Below are positions 1-10,007 of a DNA stretch of 32,000 bases, piece by piece. The position numbers and the translations under genes are program-made. Positions within the stretch are counted from its first letter, which is position 1. Every line of letters begins with the position of its first letter. This DNA comes from Candidatus Saccharimonadota bacterium. GTDB taxonomy: Bacteria > Bacteroidota > Bacteroidia > Flavobacteriales > Blattabacteriaceae. The stretch spans positions 30,001 through 62,000 of the forward strand of contig NZ_CP021172.1 in NCBI RefSeq assembly GCF_002243425.1, read 5' to 3'. Below the pieces are notes generated by a model that ran no database searches, had not been told where the DNA came from, and saw only the letters and a program-made list of their open reading frames with translations.

Positions 1-1011
1 AGAACCTCCCCCTAAAATTTTTTTTTCTATACTTTTTGGTACATCATTCATTTTATAAGCAATTTTATTATCACTTATTATTTTAGATGAACGTTCTAAT
101 AAACGAGAATGTAAGTAAAAAATATCACCTGGATATGCTTCTCTACCAGGTGGTCTACGTAATAATAAAGATATTTCTCTATATGCTACTGCTTGTTTAG
201 ATAAATCATCATATATAATTAAAGCTGAACGTCCAGTATCTCTAAAAAATTCGCCTATTGCAGTTCCAGAAAAAGGAGCAAACACTTGCATAGCTGCAGA
301 ATCTGAAGCATTTGCTGTTAATATAACTGTATACGATAGAGCATCATTTTCTTCTAATAATTTTACTATACTAGCTATAGTAGATGCTTTTTTACCAATT
401 GATACATAAATACAATAAACGGGATTTCCCATATCATAAAATTTTTTTTGATTAATTATAGTATCTATAGCTAGAGTTGTTTTTCCAGTTTGTCTATCTC
501 CTATTATTAATTCTCTTTGCCCTCTACCTATAGGTATCATAGAATCTATACATTTTATCCCAGTTTGGAGAGGTTCTATTACTGGTTCTCTATAAATTAC
601 CCCAGGAGCTTTTCTTTCTAATGGCATTAGAAATAAATTTCCAGATATAGGGCCTTTTCCGTCAATAGGAACACCTAAACTGTTTATAACACGACCTAAC
701 AGACATTCTCCTACATTTATAGACGATATCATCCCTGTTCTTATAACTTGATCACCTTCTTTTATTCCTTTCGATGACCCAATTAATATAATTCCTACAT
801 TTTCTTCTTCTAAATTAAGAACAATTCCTTTTACTCCATTTTCAAATTCAACTATTTCTCCATATATTGCATTAAATAATCCATAGACATTAGCTACTCC
901 ATCTCCTATATTAATTATTATTCCTGATTCAATTATTTCATTTTTATAATGAAAGTCTGAAATTTGTTTTTTTATTAAAGCTGAGATCTCAGCATATTTT
1001 AGATCCAACAT
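1..1011 (-). CDS. atpA: F0F1 ATP synthase alpha subunit, N-terminal 337 codons (3' end leaves the window)
   Basis: Hand translation from ATG at 1011..1009 gives [20 protein letters not shown]...[21 protein letters not shown] (Walker A). The frame is open to position 1, ending ...ILGGGS. It is absent from the ORF track because it is open at the window edge. It sits downstream of atpH, as in atpBEFHA operons. Confidence 0.92.
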   Translation of the reverse strand, partial: MLDLKYAEISALIKKQISDFHYKNEIIESGIIINIGDGVANVYGLFNAIYGEIVEFENGVKGIVLNLEEENVGIILIGSSKGIKEGDQVIRTGMISSINVGECLLGRVINSLGVPIDGKGPISGNLFLMPLERKAPGVIYREPVIEPLQTGIKCIDSMIPIGRGQRELIIGDRQTGKTTLAIDTIINQKKFYDMGNPVYCIYVSIGKKASTIASIVKLLEENDALSYTVILTANASDSAAMQVFAPFSGTAIGEFFRDTGRSALIIYDDLSKQAVAYREISLLLRRPPGREAYPGDIFYLHSRLLERSSKIISDNKIAYKMNDVPKSIEKKILGGGS

Positions 1012-1564
1012 AATTTTTTATTTTTTTTAAAAAATTATTAATTGTAAAATTACAATATTGATATTCTACTTTTATGAGTAAACCACCAATAAGATTATTA
1101 TTATCTATATTATTATTATCTAGATTATTATTATCTATATTATTATTATCTAGATTATTATTATCTATATTATTATTAATAATATAAGTTTTATCTATTT
1201 TCTTTAAAAGAAAAATTATATTATATTTAATAATAGGTTTTTTAGATAAAAAAAAGAAATCTATTATAGATAATTTTTTTTTAAAAATTTTGAGATATTC
1301 TAAACAAATAGATATAAATAATAATTCTCTATTATCATTAATTAACAATTTAATTAATTTTAATAAAAAATTAGATATCATTAATCTTTTGAAAAAAATT
1401 ATCTTTTCTTTTTTTTTAAAAAAATGTGTATTGAAAATAATTTTTTTGATATAATTCTTTCTTATAAGAAAAAAAATTTGTTCTATTTCATTTTTTAGAA
1501 AAATTTCTTTTTTAGAATTAAAAACTAAAAAAAAAAATCCTTTTGCATATCTTTTAAACTTCAT
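989..1564 (-). CDS. atpH: F0F1 ATP synthase delta (OSCP) subunit carrying an internal Asn-rich tandem-repeat insertion
   Basis: 191-aa ORF between atpF and atpA. The N-terminus (..RYAKGFF..) and C-terminus ([11 protein letters not shown]..) are delta-like. It overlaps atpA by 23 nt and atpF by 11 nt. Confidence 0.75.
   Translation of the reverse strand: MKFKRYAKGFFFLVFNSKKEIFLKNEIEQIFFLIRKNYIKKIIFNTHFFKKKEKIIFFKRLMISNFLLKLIKLLINDNRELLFISICLEYLKIFKKKLSIIDFFFLSKKPIIKYNIIFLLKKIDKTYIINNNIDNNNLDNNNIDNNNLDNNNIDNNNLIGGLLIKVEYQYCNFTINNFLKKIKNYVGSKIC
1092..1180. repeat. Tandem repeat, 30-bp unit x ~3 (each unit is two 15-bp half-units), in frame inside atpH
   Basis: agattattattatctatattattattatct occurs at 1092..1121 and 1122..1151, with a partial copy at 1152..~1180. 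It encodes ([10 protein letters not shown])x3. Confidence 0.95.
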
Positions 1565-2048
1565 AATTATTAATAATTTTATTTAAAAAATCATTATGAT
1601 TTGTTTCATTAATTTCTAATTCTTTATTTAAAATTTTTTCTGAAATGATAATAGACATATTTAATATTTCATTTTTTATCTTTTCTATTGCTAGTTTTTT
1701 TTTCTTTTCAATTAATAATTTAGTTTTATTTATTATTAAATAACTTTCTAATTTTGCTTTTTTTTTAGCTTCTTTTTCTATTTGTTCTTTTTTTTTTAAA
1801 GCTTCATTTATAATGAAATTTTTAATTTTTTCTGTTTTTTTTAAAATATTTATTTTTTTAAGTTTTCTCTTTTTTAGAGATTCTTTTGCTTTTTCTGCAT
1901 TATTGATTGAATCAATAATATATTTTTCACGTTTTTCTAACAATTTATTTATAGGATTCCATGCGAATTTGCTAAGAATAATAAATGATATTAAAAAGAT
2001 TACTGATTGCCAAAATATTAAACCTAAAGAAGGCGTCATTAAATCCAT
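1554..2048 (-). CDS. atpF: F0F1 ATP synthase B subunit
   Basis: 164 aa with an N-terminal TM helix (LGLIFWQSVIFLISFIILSKFAW) followed by a long charged helix. Operon position is between atpE and atpH. Confidence 0.85.
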   Translation of the reverse strand: MDLMTPSLGLIFWQSVIFLISFIILSKFAWNPINKLLEKREKYIIDSINNAEKAKESLKKRKLKKINILKKTEKIKNFIINEALKKKEQIEKEAKKKAKLESYLIINKTKLLIEKKKKLAIEKIKNEILNMSIIISEKILNKELEINETNHNDFLNKIINNYEV

Positions 2049-2065
2049 AAATTGTTATTCTTTTT

Positions 2066-2290
2066 TTATTTTAATACTGCTAACAAAACAGTTACTATTC
2101 CAAATAAAGATGCTCCTTCTAAAAGAGCAGCAGATATAATCATAGCAGTTTGTATTTTATTTGAAGCTTCTGGTTGTCTAGCTATTGCCTCCAGAGCAGA
2201 ACTACCAATTTTTCCAATTCCTAATCCGGCTCCCAATACTGCTATACCTGCCCCTATAGCTGATAATCCTACATATAAATGAATTTCCAT
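2066..2290 (-). CDS. atpE: F0F1 ATP synthase C subunit (proteolipid)
   Basis: 74-aa two-helix hairpin with GAGLGIGKIG...ARQPE...LLEGASLFG, typical of subunit c. Confidence 0.93.
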   Translation of the reverse strand: MEIHLYVGLSAIGAGIAVLGAGLGIGKIGSSALEAIARQPEASNKIQTAMIISAALLEGASLFGIVTVLLAVLK

Positions 2291-2294
2291 TTTA

Positions 2295-3329
2295 TTAATC
2301 TTTTATTGCTATACCTAAAAATAATGCTGATAAAGATGTAAATATAAATGCTTGTAAAAAACCTACCATTATTTCTAATAATAAAATAAAAATAGAAAAA
2401 GGTATAGATATAATTATTGAATAAATATTTTTAAATATAAAAATTAAAGAAATAAAACTAATTAAAATTATATGTCCTGCTGTAATATTTGCAAATAAAC
2501 GTATACAAAGAGTAAACGGACGAATAAATATACCAAATATTTCTATTGGAATTAATAATAATTTGATTATTAATGGAACCTTTGGCATACAAAAAATATG
2601 TTTCCAATATTTTTTTTTAGCACTAAAAATTATTAGAAAAAATATTATCATTGATAATGATAAAGTAACGCTAATATTACCTGTAATATTAGGCCCTATA
2701 GGGAATATACCTATCAAATTATTGATTAATATAAAAAAAAATAGTGTTAAAAAAAAAGTAAAATACAATTTATATTTTTTTATACCCAAATTAGGAATAG
2801 CTATTTCATTTTTTATATAAAAAATAATATATTCTAATAATAGACCGGTTTTAGAATTATTTTTTTTTTCTTTATAAGAAAGAGATAATTTAATAAAAAT
2901 TAAACATAAAATAAATATAGAGATAATTAATGTTAATACATTTTTTGTAATAGAAAAATCTAAAGGCATATTATTAAGAATATTACCATTATTATCTATT
3001 TTTAAGAAACCAAATTGATTTGTTTTATATATTTTATTATTTATTAATCTATAATAATTATTATTTATATTTACTAAATTATTTCCATGATCAAATTTTG
3101 ATGACATAAATAATTTAAATCCTTTATCAAAAAGGATTATAGGTAATGAAATATAAACATTTTTTTTTAAATGCCATTCATGAGAATCATTAATATGACT
3201 TTTTATAAAAAAAGCTGTATTAAACGTAATATTTTTATTAGAATTTAATTTTTGAGAATGTAAACAGGTTAAATTACTAAACCAAAAAAAAAATATAAAT
3301 AAAAAACTTATTTTTTTTTTATATAGCAT
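2295..3329 (-). CDS. atpB: F0F1 ATP synthase A subunit
   Basis: 344-aa polytopic protein with the RLFANITAGH motif. It is the first gene of the atp cluster. Confidence 0.9.
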   Translation of the reverse strand: MLYKKKISFLFIFFFWFSNLTCLHSQKLNSNKNITFNTAFFIKSHINDSHEWHLKKNVYISLPIILFDKGFKLFMSSKFDHGNNLVNINNNYYRLINNKIYKTNQFGFLKIDNNGNILNNMPLDFSITKNVLTLIISIFILCLIFIKLSLSYKEKKNNSKTGLLLEYIIFYIKNEIAIPNLGIKKYKLYFTFFLTLFFFILINNLIGIFPIGPNITGNISVTLSLSMIIFFLIIFSAKKKYWKHIFCMPKVPLIIKLLLIPIEIFGIFIRPFTLCIRLFANITAGHIILISFISLIFIFKNIYSIIISIPFSIFILLLEIMVGFLQAFIFTSLSALFLGIAIKD

Positions 3330-3393
3330 TTTATAATAATTCTATTAATAATAAAAATATATATATGATCCCGAAAAAGATTTTAAATTGCTC

Positions 3394-3469
3394 CTTATCG
3401 TATAATATTTACTTATATCTGGGATTTGGGTTGGGTAGATATAGTGATATTTATCGTAAAGGTGATAAG
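3394..3469. other. Imperfect long hairpin with a G-rich apical loop in the lysC-atpB spacer; function unknown
   Basis: Outer stem cttatc (3394..3399) pairs with gataag (3464..3469). Inner stem tatatct (3414..3420) pairs with agatata (3437..3443). The loop is gggatttgggttgggt. The direct repeat ttatcgta occurs at 3395..3402 and 3451..3458. G+C looks locally higher than in the surrounding spacer. Confidence 0.3.
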
Positions 3470-3564
3470 CAAAGAAATTTATATTAAAATATGATTAGTT
3501 ATCTTATAAGAAATAGGGTTCAGATGAAATAAAATTTTCTTACTTTTTCAATAAAAGATTTAAT

Positions 3565-4809
3565 CTAGAATTTTATAATCCATTGAGCTGTATCAGAATT
3601 AATTTGTCTTAAAATTATTTTAATTTTTTTTAAAAAAAAATTAACAGAATTTACATTATAATGTAATATTGTATATAAATACACATTATTTAATAATTTT
3701 ATTATAAAATAATTTTTTAATTTATTAATTATAATATTTAAATTATTAAATTTATCTTCTACACAAATTGAAATACTAATTGAGGAACTTTGAATTAAAA
3801 AAACTTTTATTTTATATTTTGATATTATAGTGAATATATCACTAATATTTTTTTCTAAAAAAAAAGAAAAATTCTTCATATAAAAAGATATTAATTTATG
3901 ATTTTTTTTTACTATAAAACAAGGTTTTCTAATTTCTTTATTTATTTTTTTACTTACTAAGGTTCCTTTTTTTTTAGGGTAAATAAAAGAACGAACATAT
4001 AATGGTATTTTTTTTTGTTTTAAAGGATGTAAAGTTTTAGTATGTATAACTGATGCACCATAATAAGATAATTCAAGAGCTTCGTCATAAGAAAGACTAT
4101 TTAATAAATTGTTTTTTAAAAAAAATCTAGGATCTGAATTTAAAATTCCAGGAACATCTTTCCAAGTAGTTTGACTTTCTACATTTAAACAATATGAAAA
4201 AATTGATGCAGTATAATCTGATCCTTCTCTTCCTAAAGTTGTAGTAAAATAATTAGAATCAGCTCCTATAAAACCTTGAGTTATATATAAATAGTTTTTT
4301 TTTAATTGTTTTATTTTTTGATTTGTTTTTGTCCAATTAACATGTGCTTCACAATATGAATTATCAGTTTTTATATAATTTCTACAATCTAACCAAATAT
4401 TTTTAATTCCTATTAAATTTAAATATTCGCTAATTAATTTAGTTGAAATTAATTCGCCAGATCCAACTACTTGATCATATAGAAAATTATATTTCTTATA
4501 TTTATTTTTTTTTAAAAAAAATTTTATTCCCTGAAAAAGATTTTTTATATATATATTTATATTATGATTATAAGGAAATAAATCATTAATTATTTTTAAA
4601 TGATTCTCTTCTATTTCAGAGATTTGAATCTCTGTATTTTTTTTTAAAAAATATTTATTTACTACTTTTTCAAGCTTATTAGTAGTATTACCAATAGCTG
4701 AAATTACAATTAAAGTATTTTGATAACCTACTTCTTTTAGAAGTTTATATAAATTTTTTACTCTTTTAGAGTTCTTTACAGAAGAGCCTCCAAATTTATA
4801 TATTTTCAT
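3565..4809 (-). CDS. lysC: Aspartate kinase (lysine branch)
   Basis: 414 aa starting MKIYKFGGSSVKN, with ...TTLGREGSDYTA... and a C-terminal ACT-like region. Confidence 0.9.
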   Translation of the reverse strand: MKIYKFGGSSVKNSKRVKNLYKLLKEVGYQNTLIVISAIGNTTNKLEKVVNKYFLKKNTEIQISEIEENHLKIINDLFPYNHNINIYIKNLFQGIKFFLKKNKYKKYNFLYDQVVGSGELISTKLISEYLNLIGIKNIWLDCRNYIKTDNSYCEAHVNWTKTNQKIKQLKKNYLYITQGFIGADSNYFTTTLGREGSDYTASIFSYCLNVESQTTWKDVPGILNSDPRFFLKNNLLNSLSYDEALELSYYGASVIHTKTLHPLKQKKIPLYVRSFIYPKKKGTLVSKKINKEIRKPCFIVKKNHKLISFYMKNFSFFLEKNISDIFTIISKYKIKVFLIQSSSISISICVEDKFNNLNIIINKLKNYFIIKLLNNVYLYTILHYNVNSVNFFLKKIKIILRQINSDTAQWIIKF

Positions 4810-4907
4810 TTTATTTATTTAAAATAAATATGTTTTAACATATATATTTTATAATTATATTTTTTTATTACTTTTTCAAGTAAAAAATAAATACTATTAA
4901 ATTCTTA

Positions 4908-5510
4908 TTAAACAATTTTTATGACACTTTCAGTATTAAATATATTACATATATTACGTCCAAATAATTTTATTGAATAAGATAATAATATTATTCCAAA
5001 TACTTTTTTTATAATATTTAAATTATCATTACTAATATGATTTTCTATATAATAAATTTTTTTTATTACAAAAAAGACAATTATTATATTTAATATTAAT
5101 GATATTAATATTGTTTGCATATCATAATTCTTTTTTAAAGACATTAAAGTTGTTACAGAACCTGGTCCTGCTATTAATGGAAATGATATAGGAATAATTG
5201 ATACTTGAGTACTAGTACTTTTATCTCTTTTATAGAATTCTATTCCTAGAATCATTTCTAATGAAATTAAAAATAAGATTATTGAGCCTGCTAATGAAAA
5301 AGTATATATATCAATACCAAAAGTATTTAAAAGAAAATTTCCTAAAAAAATAAAAAATAAAAATATTCCCAATGATACTAAAGTAACTTTATTAGGATTT
5401 ATTATATCTCCTTTATTTTTATATCCTATAATAATAGGAGCATTTCCTATTACATCTATAATACTAAATAATACCATAAAACATGTACATAATAATCTTA
5501 TGTTTTGCAT
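4908..5510 (-). CDS. MarC-family (UPF0056) integral membrane protein
   Basis: 200-aa protein of roughly 6 TM helices. The N-terminal FSIIDVIGNAPIII and central AGSIILFLISLEMILG resemble MarC-family signatures. Assignment is by motif recall only. Confidence 0.55.
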   Translation of the reverse strand: MQNIRLLCTCFMVLFSIIDVIGNAPIIIGYKNKGDIINPNKVTLVSLGIFLFFIFLGNFLLNTFGIDIYTFSLAGSIILFLISLEMILGIEFYKRDKSTSTQVSIIPISFPLIAGPGSVTTLMSLKKNYDMQTILISLILNIIIVFFVIKKIYYIENHISNDNLNIIKKVFGIILLSYSIKLFGRNICNIFNTESVIKIV

Positions 5511-5526
5511 ATTAAAAATTTATTTA

Positions 5527-6603
5527 TTAATCCTCACTCTCCTTTTTTAAATTTATAGAATTAATTAAAAAATCTCCTACTTCTTTAGTTGTAGAAGGAT
5601 TTTTAGAATTTATGTCTTTAGTAGAAATTCCATTTTTTAATGAATTTTTTACAATTTTATTTATCAATAAACTTTCTTTTTTCATACCAAAATCTTTTAA
5701 CATCATAGATACAGATAATATAGCCCCCAATGGATTTGCAATATTTTTACCAGCAGCTTTTGGATATGATCCATGTATCGGTTCATACAGGGTAGTTTTT
5801 TCACCAATAGAAGAAGAAGGTATTAATCCTAATGATCCAACTATAGCACTAGCTTCATCTGAAAGAATATCTCCAAACATATTTTCAGTTAATAATATAT
5901 CAAATTGTTTAGGATTAATAATCATTTGCATAGAGGCATTATCTATAAATAGATAATCTATTTGTACTTCTTTATATTTTATATTTATTTCTTTTAAAGT
6001 TTCACGCCATAATTTAGAAGTTGCTAAAACATTTGCTTTATCAACTAATGTTATTTTTTTTTTACGTTTTAAAGCTGCTTTAAAAGCATAAATAGCTAGA
6101 CGTGATATATCTTTTTTATTATAAGAACATATATCATATGCTCTTTTTCTACTTTTAGAAATTCTTTTTTTACCAAAATATATACCATTAGTAAGTTCTC
6201 TATAGATAAGAAAATCTACATCTTTTATATAAGATTTTTTTATTGGAGATTTATATAATAAAGATTTATAAACTTTAATAGGTCTTATATTACAATATAA
6301 TCCCAATTTTTTTCTAAGTTTTAATAGACCTTGTTCAGGTCTATTTTTTAAATTCTGATTATTATCATATTTAGGATCTCCTATAGCTCCCAACAAAATA
6401 GAATCACATCCTAAACAAGTATCTAAAGTTTCTTTTGTTAAAGGAATACCAGTTTTTTCTATAGAAATTCCTCCTATTAAACACTTATGATATATAAATT
6501 TATGATCATATTTTTTACCTATAGCATCTAATACTCTTAAAGATTGATTAATTACTTCGGGTCCTATCCCATCTCCTGATAAAACAGCTATATTTTTTTC
6601 CAT
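5527..6603 (-). CDS. leuB: 3-isopropylmalate dehydrogenase
   Basis: 358 aa with IAVLSGDGIGPEV and TENMFGDILSDEAS motifs. Confidence 0.95.
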   Translation of the reverse strand: MEKNIAVLSGDGIGPEVINQSLRVLDAIGKKYDHKFIYHKCLIGGISIEKTGIPLTKETLDTCLGCDSILLGAIGDPKYDNNQNLKNRPEQGLLKLRKKLGLYCNIRPIKVYKSLLYKSPIKKSYIKDVDFLIYRELTNGIYFGKKRISKSRKRAYDICSYNKKDISRLAIYAFKAALKRKKKITLVDKANVLATSKLWRETLKEINIKYKEVQIDYLFIDNASMQMIINPKQFDILLTENMFGDILSDEASAIVGSLGLIPSSSIGEKTTLYEPIHGSYPKAAGKNIANPLGAILSVSMMLKDFGMKKESLLINKIVKNSLKNGISTKDINSKNPSTTKEVGDFLINSINLKKESED

Positions 6604-6605
6604 AT

Positions 6606-7193
6606 TTAATTATAAATATTTTTTTTTTCAAAAATTTCTATTTTGTTTTTTATACTAAAAAGTAATTCAATATCATCATATCCATTTATAAAACATTTTT
6701 TTTTAAAATCATCTATTTTAAATAATTCTTTATTGTTTTCAAATTTAACATATTGATGTTCCAAATTTATTTCAAATAAAAGATTTGGATTTAAAAAAAT
6801 GTTTTGATAAATTAAATTTATAAAATCTTTTTTCAGTTCTATAGTTAATAATCCATTATTTAAAGCATTTTGTTTAAAAATATCAGCAAAAATATTTGAT
6901 ATTACAACTTTAAATCCATAATCTCTAATTGCCCATGCTGCATGTTCTCTACTAGAACCACATCCAAAATTTTTTCCAGTTATTAATATATTTCCAGAAT
7001 ATTTTTTTTTATTTAATATAAAATTTTTTTTTATTTTTCCATTTGAATCATACCGCCAATCTCTAAATAAATTTTTTCCAAAATCGGATTTAGTTGTTAA
7101 TTTTAAAAATCTAGCTGGTATAATTTGATCAGTATCTATATTATCTATAAATAGAGGAACTGCTGTGCTAAATAAAGTAGTAAATTTTTCCAT
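6606..7193 (-). CDS. leuD: 3-isopropylmalate dehydratase small subunit
   Basis: 195 aa with DNIDTDQIIPARFL and GKNFGCGSSREHA. Confidence 0.95.
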   Translation of the reverse strand: MEKFTTLFSTAVPLFIDNIDTDQIIPARFLKLTTKSDFGKNLFRDWRYDSNGKIKKNFILNKKKYSGNILITGKNFGCGSSREHAAWAIRDYGFKVVISNIFADIFKQNALNNGLLTIELKKDFINLIYQNIFLNPNLLFEINLEHQYVKFENNKELFKIDDFKKKCFINGYDDIELLFSIKNKIEIFEKKNIYN

Positions 7194-7200
7194 AATTTAT

Positions 7201-8592
7201 TTACATACAATTTTTAATTGTATTAGGTTTAATATATTCTGTAATATTAACAATTTTGCCTTCAATAGCTGTAATTGCAGCAACTAAAGGACTAGCTAAC
7301 AAAGTACGTGCTCCTTTACCTTGACGTCCTTCAAAATTTCTATTTGATGTAGATAAACAATATTCCCCATAAGGTATTTTATCTTCATTCATTCCTAGAC
7401 AGGCTGAACATCCAGGTTTACGTAACTCAAATCCTGCATTTAATAAAATTAAATCTATTCCAGAATTTATAATTTTTTTATATACTTGTTTTGATCCAGG
7501 TACTACCATAACATAAACATTATCTGCTTTTTTTTTATTTTTTATTAGTTTAGATACTAATCTAATATCTTCTATTCTAGAATTAGTACAACTTCCAATA
7601 AAAACATAATTGATTTTTAATCCTAATAAATACTCTCCTTCTTTTAATCCCATATATTTTATTTGAATATTTTTACTTCCTATTGGAATAGGATCAGATA
7701 TGTTTATACACAGACTTGGATTAGTCCCATATGTTATCATCGGATAAATATTATCTGAATTAAATTTATATTCTTTATCAAAAAGAGCTTTTTTATCTGT
7801 TTTAAGATTTTTACATATTTTTTTTATTTTTTTAAATTCTTTTGGGGAAAAAATTTTTTGTTTTAAATATTTTAAAGTAGTTGAGTCGGGCTCTATCATA
7901 CCTCCTCTAGCCCCCATTTCTATACTCATGTTGCACACTGTCATACGTTCTTCCATATTCATTCTTTTAAAGACAGATCCACTATACTCTATAAAATAAC
8001 CTGTTCCTCCATCTGGACCTAATTTTGATAAAATATATAAAATTATATCTTTTGCAGTTACTCCTAAATTTAATTTACCTTCTAATTTTATACGCATTTG
8101 TTTAGGTTTTGTTTGTAGTAAACATTGAGTTGCCATTACCATAGCAACCTGACTAGTTCCTATACCAAATGCTATACATCCAAAAGCACCATGAGTAGAA
8201 GTATGACTATCTCCACAAACTATTGTCATTCCAGGAAGTGTAATTCCAAGTTCAGGACCAATAACGTGTACTATTCCTTGAAAATCATGTTTTAATCCAA
8301 AAAATAATATTCCATTATCATCACAATTTTTTTCTAATGTTTCTATTTGAAATTTAGAAAGAACATCTTTTATTGGTAAATGTTGATTTTTTGTAGGAAC
8401 ATTATGATCTGTAGTAGCTATAATTTTATTATTTCTTAATATTGAAATTTTTCTTTTTTTTAGTTCTTCAAATGCTTGTGAACTAGTTACTTCATGTATA
8501 TAATGTCTATCAATATATAAAACATCTATTTTTTTATTTAAACTAAAAACTACATGTGATTCCCAAACTTTCTCAAAAAGGGTTTTATTCAT
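7201..8592 (-). CDS. leuC: 3-isopropylmalate dehydratase large subunit
   Basis: 463 aa with VCGDSHTSTHGAFG, IGSCTNSRIEDIR and the aconitase-family Cys ligands. Confidence 0.95.
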   Translation of the reverse strand: MNKTLFEKVWESHVVFSLNKKIDVLYIDRHYIHEVTSSQAFEELKKRKISILRNNKIIATTDHNVPTKNQHLPIKDVLSKFQIETLEKNCDDNGILFFGLKHDFQGIVHVIGPELGITLPGMTIVCGDSHTSTHGAFGCIAFGIGTSQVAMVMATQCLLQTKPKQMRIKLEGKLNLGVTAKDIILYILSKLGPDGGTGYFIEYSGSVFKRMNMEERMTVCNMSIEMGARGGMIEPDSTTLKYLKQKIFSPKEFKKIKKICKNLKTDKKALFDKEYKFNSDNIYPMITYGTNPSLCINISDPIPIGSKNIQIKYMGLKEGEYLLGLKINYVFIGSCTNSRIEDIRLVSKLIKNKKKADNVYVMVVPGSKQVYKKIINSGIDLILLNAGFELRKPGCSACLGMNEDKIPYGEYCLSTSNRNFEGRQGKGARTLLASPLVAAITAIEGKIVNITEYIKPNTIKNCM

Positions 8593-8593
8593 T

Positions 8594-9751
8594 TTATGAA
8601 TATTTAATTTTCTTTAATATTTTTTTTAAATCTTCATCATATATTTCTTTTTTTTTATCTGCATACTTTAAAAAAAAACTATATATTACATTTAATTTTG
8701 ATTTATTAAATGAATAACCTAATTTTTTATAACGATAAGCTAAAGCTGAACGTCCACTTCTAGCTGTTAATATAATAGATGATTTATTAACTCCTACATC
8801 TTTTGGATCAATTATTTCATAAGTTTCTCTTTTTTTTATTAATCCATCTTGATGGATTCCTGAAGAATGTGAAAAAGCATTAGCTCCTACTATTGCTTTA
8901 TTAGACTGTACAAACATACTGGTACATTCAGATACCAATTTACTTGTTTTATACAATAGTTTTGTATTTATTTTTGTATAAAAATTTAAATCTTTATGTT
9001 GTTTAATTATCATTACTACTTCTTCTAAAGAAGTATTACCTGCTCTTTCTCCAATTCCATTAATAGTACATTCTATTTGTTGAGCTCCATTAATTATTCC
9101 AGCTATTGAATTTGCAGTAGATAATCCCATATCATCATGACAATGAGTTGATATTGTAACTTTATCTATTGAATTAACATTTTCTTTTAAAAATTTTATT
9201 TTTTCAGCATACTCTTCAGGTAAACAATAACCTGTAGTATCTGGGATATTAATTACTGTTGCTCCTGCTTTTATAACTGCTTCACAAATTTGTGCTAAAA
9301 ATAGATTTTCTGTACGACCAGCATCCTCTGCATAAAATTCTACATCTTCTACAAATTTTTTTGCATACTTTACAGCTTCTATTGCTATGTCTATTATTTT
9401 TTTAGGAGTACTATTAAATTTATATTTAATATGATATGGAGATGTTCCTATTCCTGTATGAATTCTAGGATTTTTAGCATATTTTAATGCTAATGCTGCA
9501 ATTTCTATATCTTTTTTTACAGCTCTTGAAAGACTACATATTATTGGTTCATATATAGATTTGCATATTTCTTCAACTGAATGAAAATCTCCTGGACTAG
9601 AAATAGGAAAACCAGCTTCTATGATATCTACTCCCATTATTTCTAATTGACGAGCTATTTTTATTTTTTCTGATGTGTTTAATTTACAGCCTGGAACTTG
9701 TTCTCCATCACGTAATGTAGTATCCAAGATTTTAATCCTTTTTTTTTTCAT
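8594..9751 (-). CDS. leuA: 2-isopropylmalate synthase, short form (catalytic TIM barrel only)
   Basis: 385 aa with [24 protein letters not shown] and HSSGIHQDG. It ends about 100+ aa earlier than long-form LeuA. Confidence 0.9.
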   Translation of the reverse strand: MKKKRIKILDTTLRDGEQVPGCKLNTSEKIKIARQLEIMGVDIIEAGFPISSPGDFHSVEEICKSIYEPIICSLSRAVKKDIEIAALALKYAKNPRIHTGIGTSPYHIKYKFNSTPKKIIDIAIEAVKYAKKFVEDVEFYAEDAGRTENLFLAQICEAVIKAGATVINIPDTTGYCLPEEYAEKIKFLKENVNSIDKVTISTHCHDDMGLSTANSIAGIINGAQQIECTINGIGERAGNTSLEEVVMIIKQHKDLNFYTKINTKLLYKTSKLVSECTSMFVQSNKAIVGANAFSHSSGIHQDGLIKKRETYEIIDPKDVGVNKSSIILTARSGRSALAYRYKKLGYSFNKSKLNVIYSFFLKYADKKKEIYDEDLKKILKKIKYS

Positions 9752-9786
9752 ATTCCTAAATATGCTTTTTATTTCTATAAGTTTTG

Positions 9787-9828
9787 AACTACAATAATTA
9801 AACTACAATAATTAAACTACAATAATTA
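9787..9828. repeat. Perfect tandem repeat, 14 bp x 3 (aactacaataatta), in the divergent leuA/tyrS intergenic region
   Basis: Three identical units at 9787..9800, 9801..9814 and 9815..9828. Confidence 0.95.
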
Positions 9829-10007
9829 ATTGTATAATTATGAAAATTTATATATAATAAACAATTATAATTTAATAAAACGACATAATAACTAAAATTA
9901 GTAGTTGTTTTTTAACATAGGAAATAAATTTTATTACGAATAAAAAAAACATATAATTTGTTTACATCATAAAAATAATAAATTATATTATAATTAAAAC
10001 TATATAA

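Noticed and set aside
1092-1180. Tandem repeats (here, 9787..9828 and 23067..23127) considered as CRISPR-like arrays
   Set aside because: The units are directly adjacent with no spacers, are 13-30 bp long, occur in only 2-3 copies, and two of the three lie in coding sequence. No cas genes are present.
1813-2282. Plus-strand ORFs 1813..2139 (108 aa) and 2052..2282 (76 aa)
   Set aside because: They lie antisense to atpF and atpE, which have clear family signatures. The peptides are low-complexity Phe/Ile/Leu-rich mirror products of AT-rich coding sequence.
2563-2820. Plus-strand ORF of 85 aa inside atpB
   Set aside because: It is antisense to a well-supported atpB and has no recognisable motifs.
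4810-4907. A possible lysine riboswitch (L-box) or other leader upstream of lysC
   Set aside because: The spacer is only 98 nt of almost pure A/T. It has none of the conserved L-box helices or G-rich junctions.
5612-5956. Plus-strand ORF of 114 aa inside leuB
   Set aside because: It is antisense to leuB, which carries diagnostic isopropylmalate dehydrogenase motifs. It is a shadow ORF.
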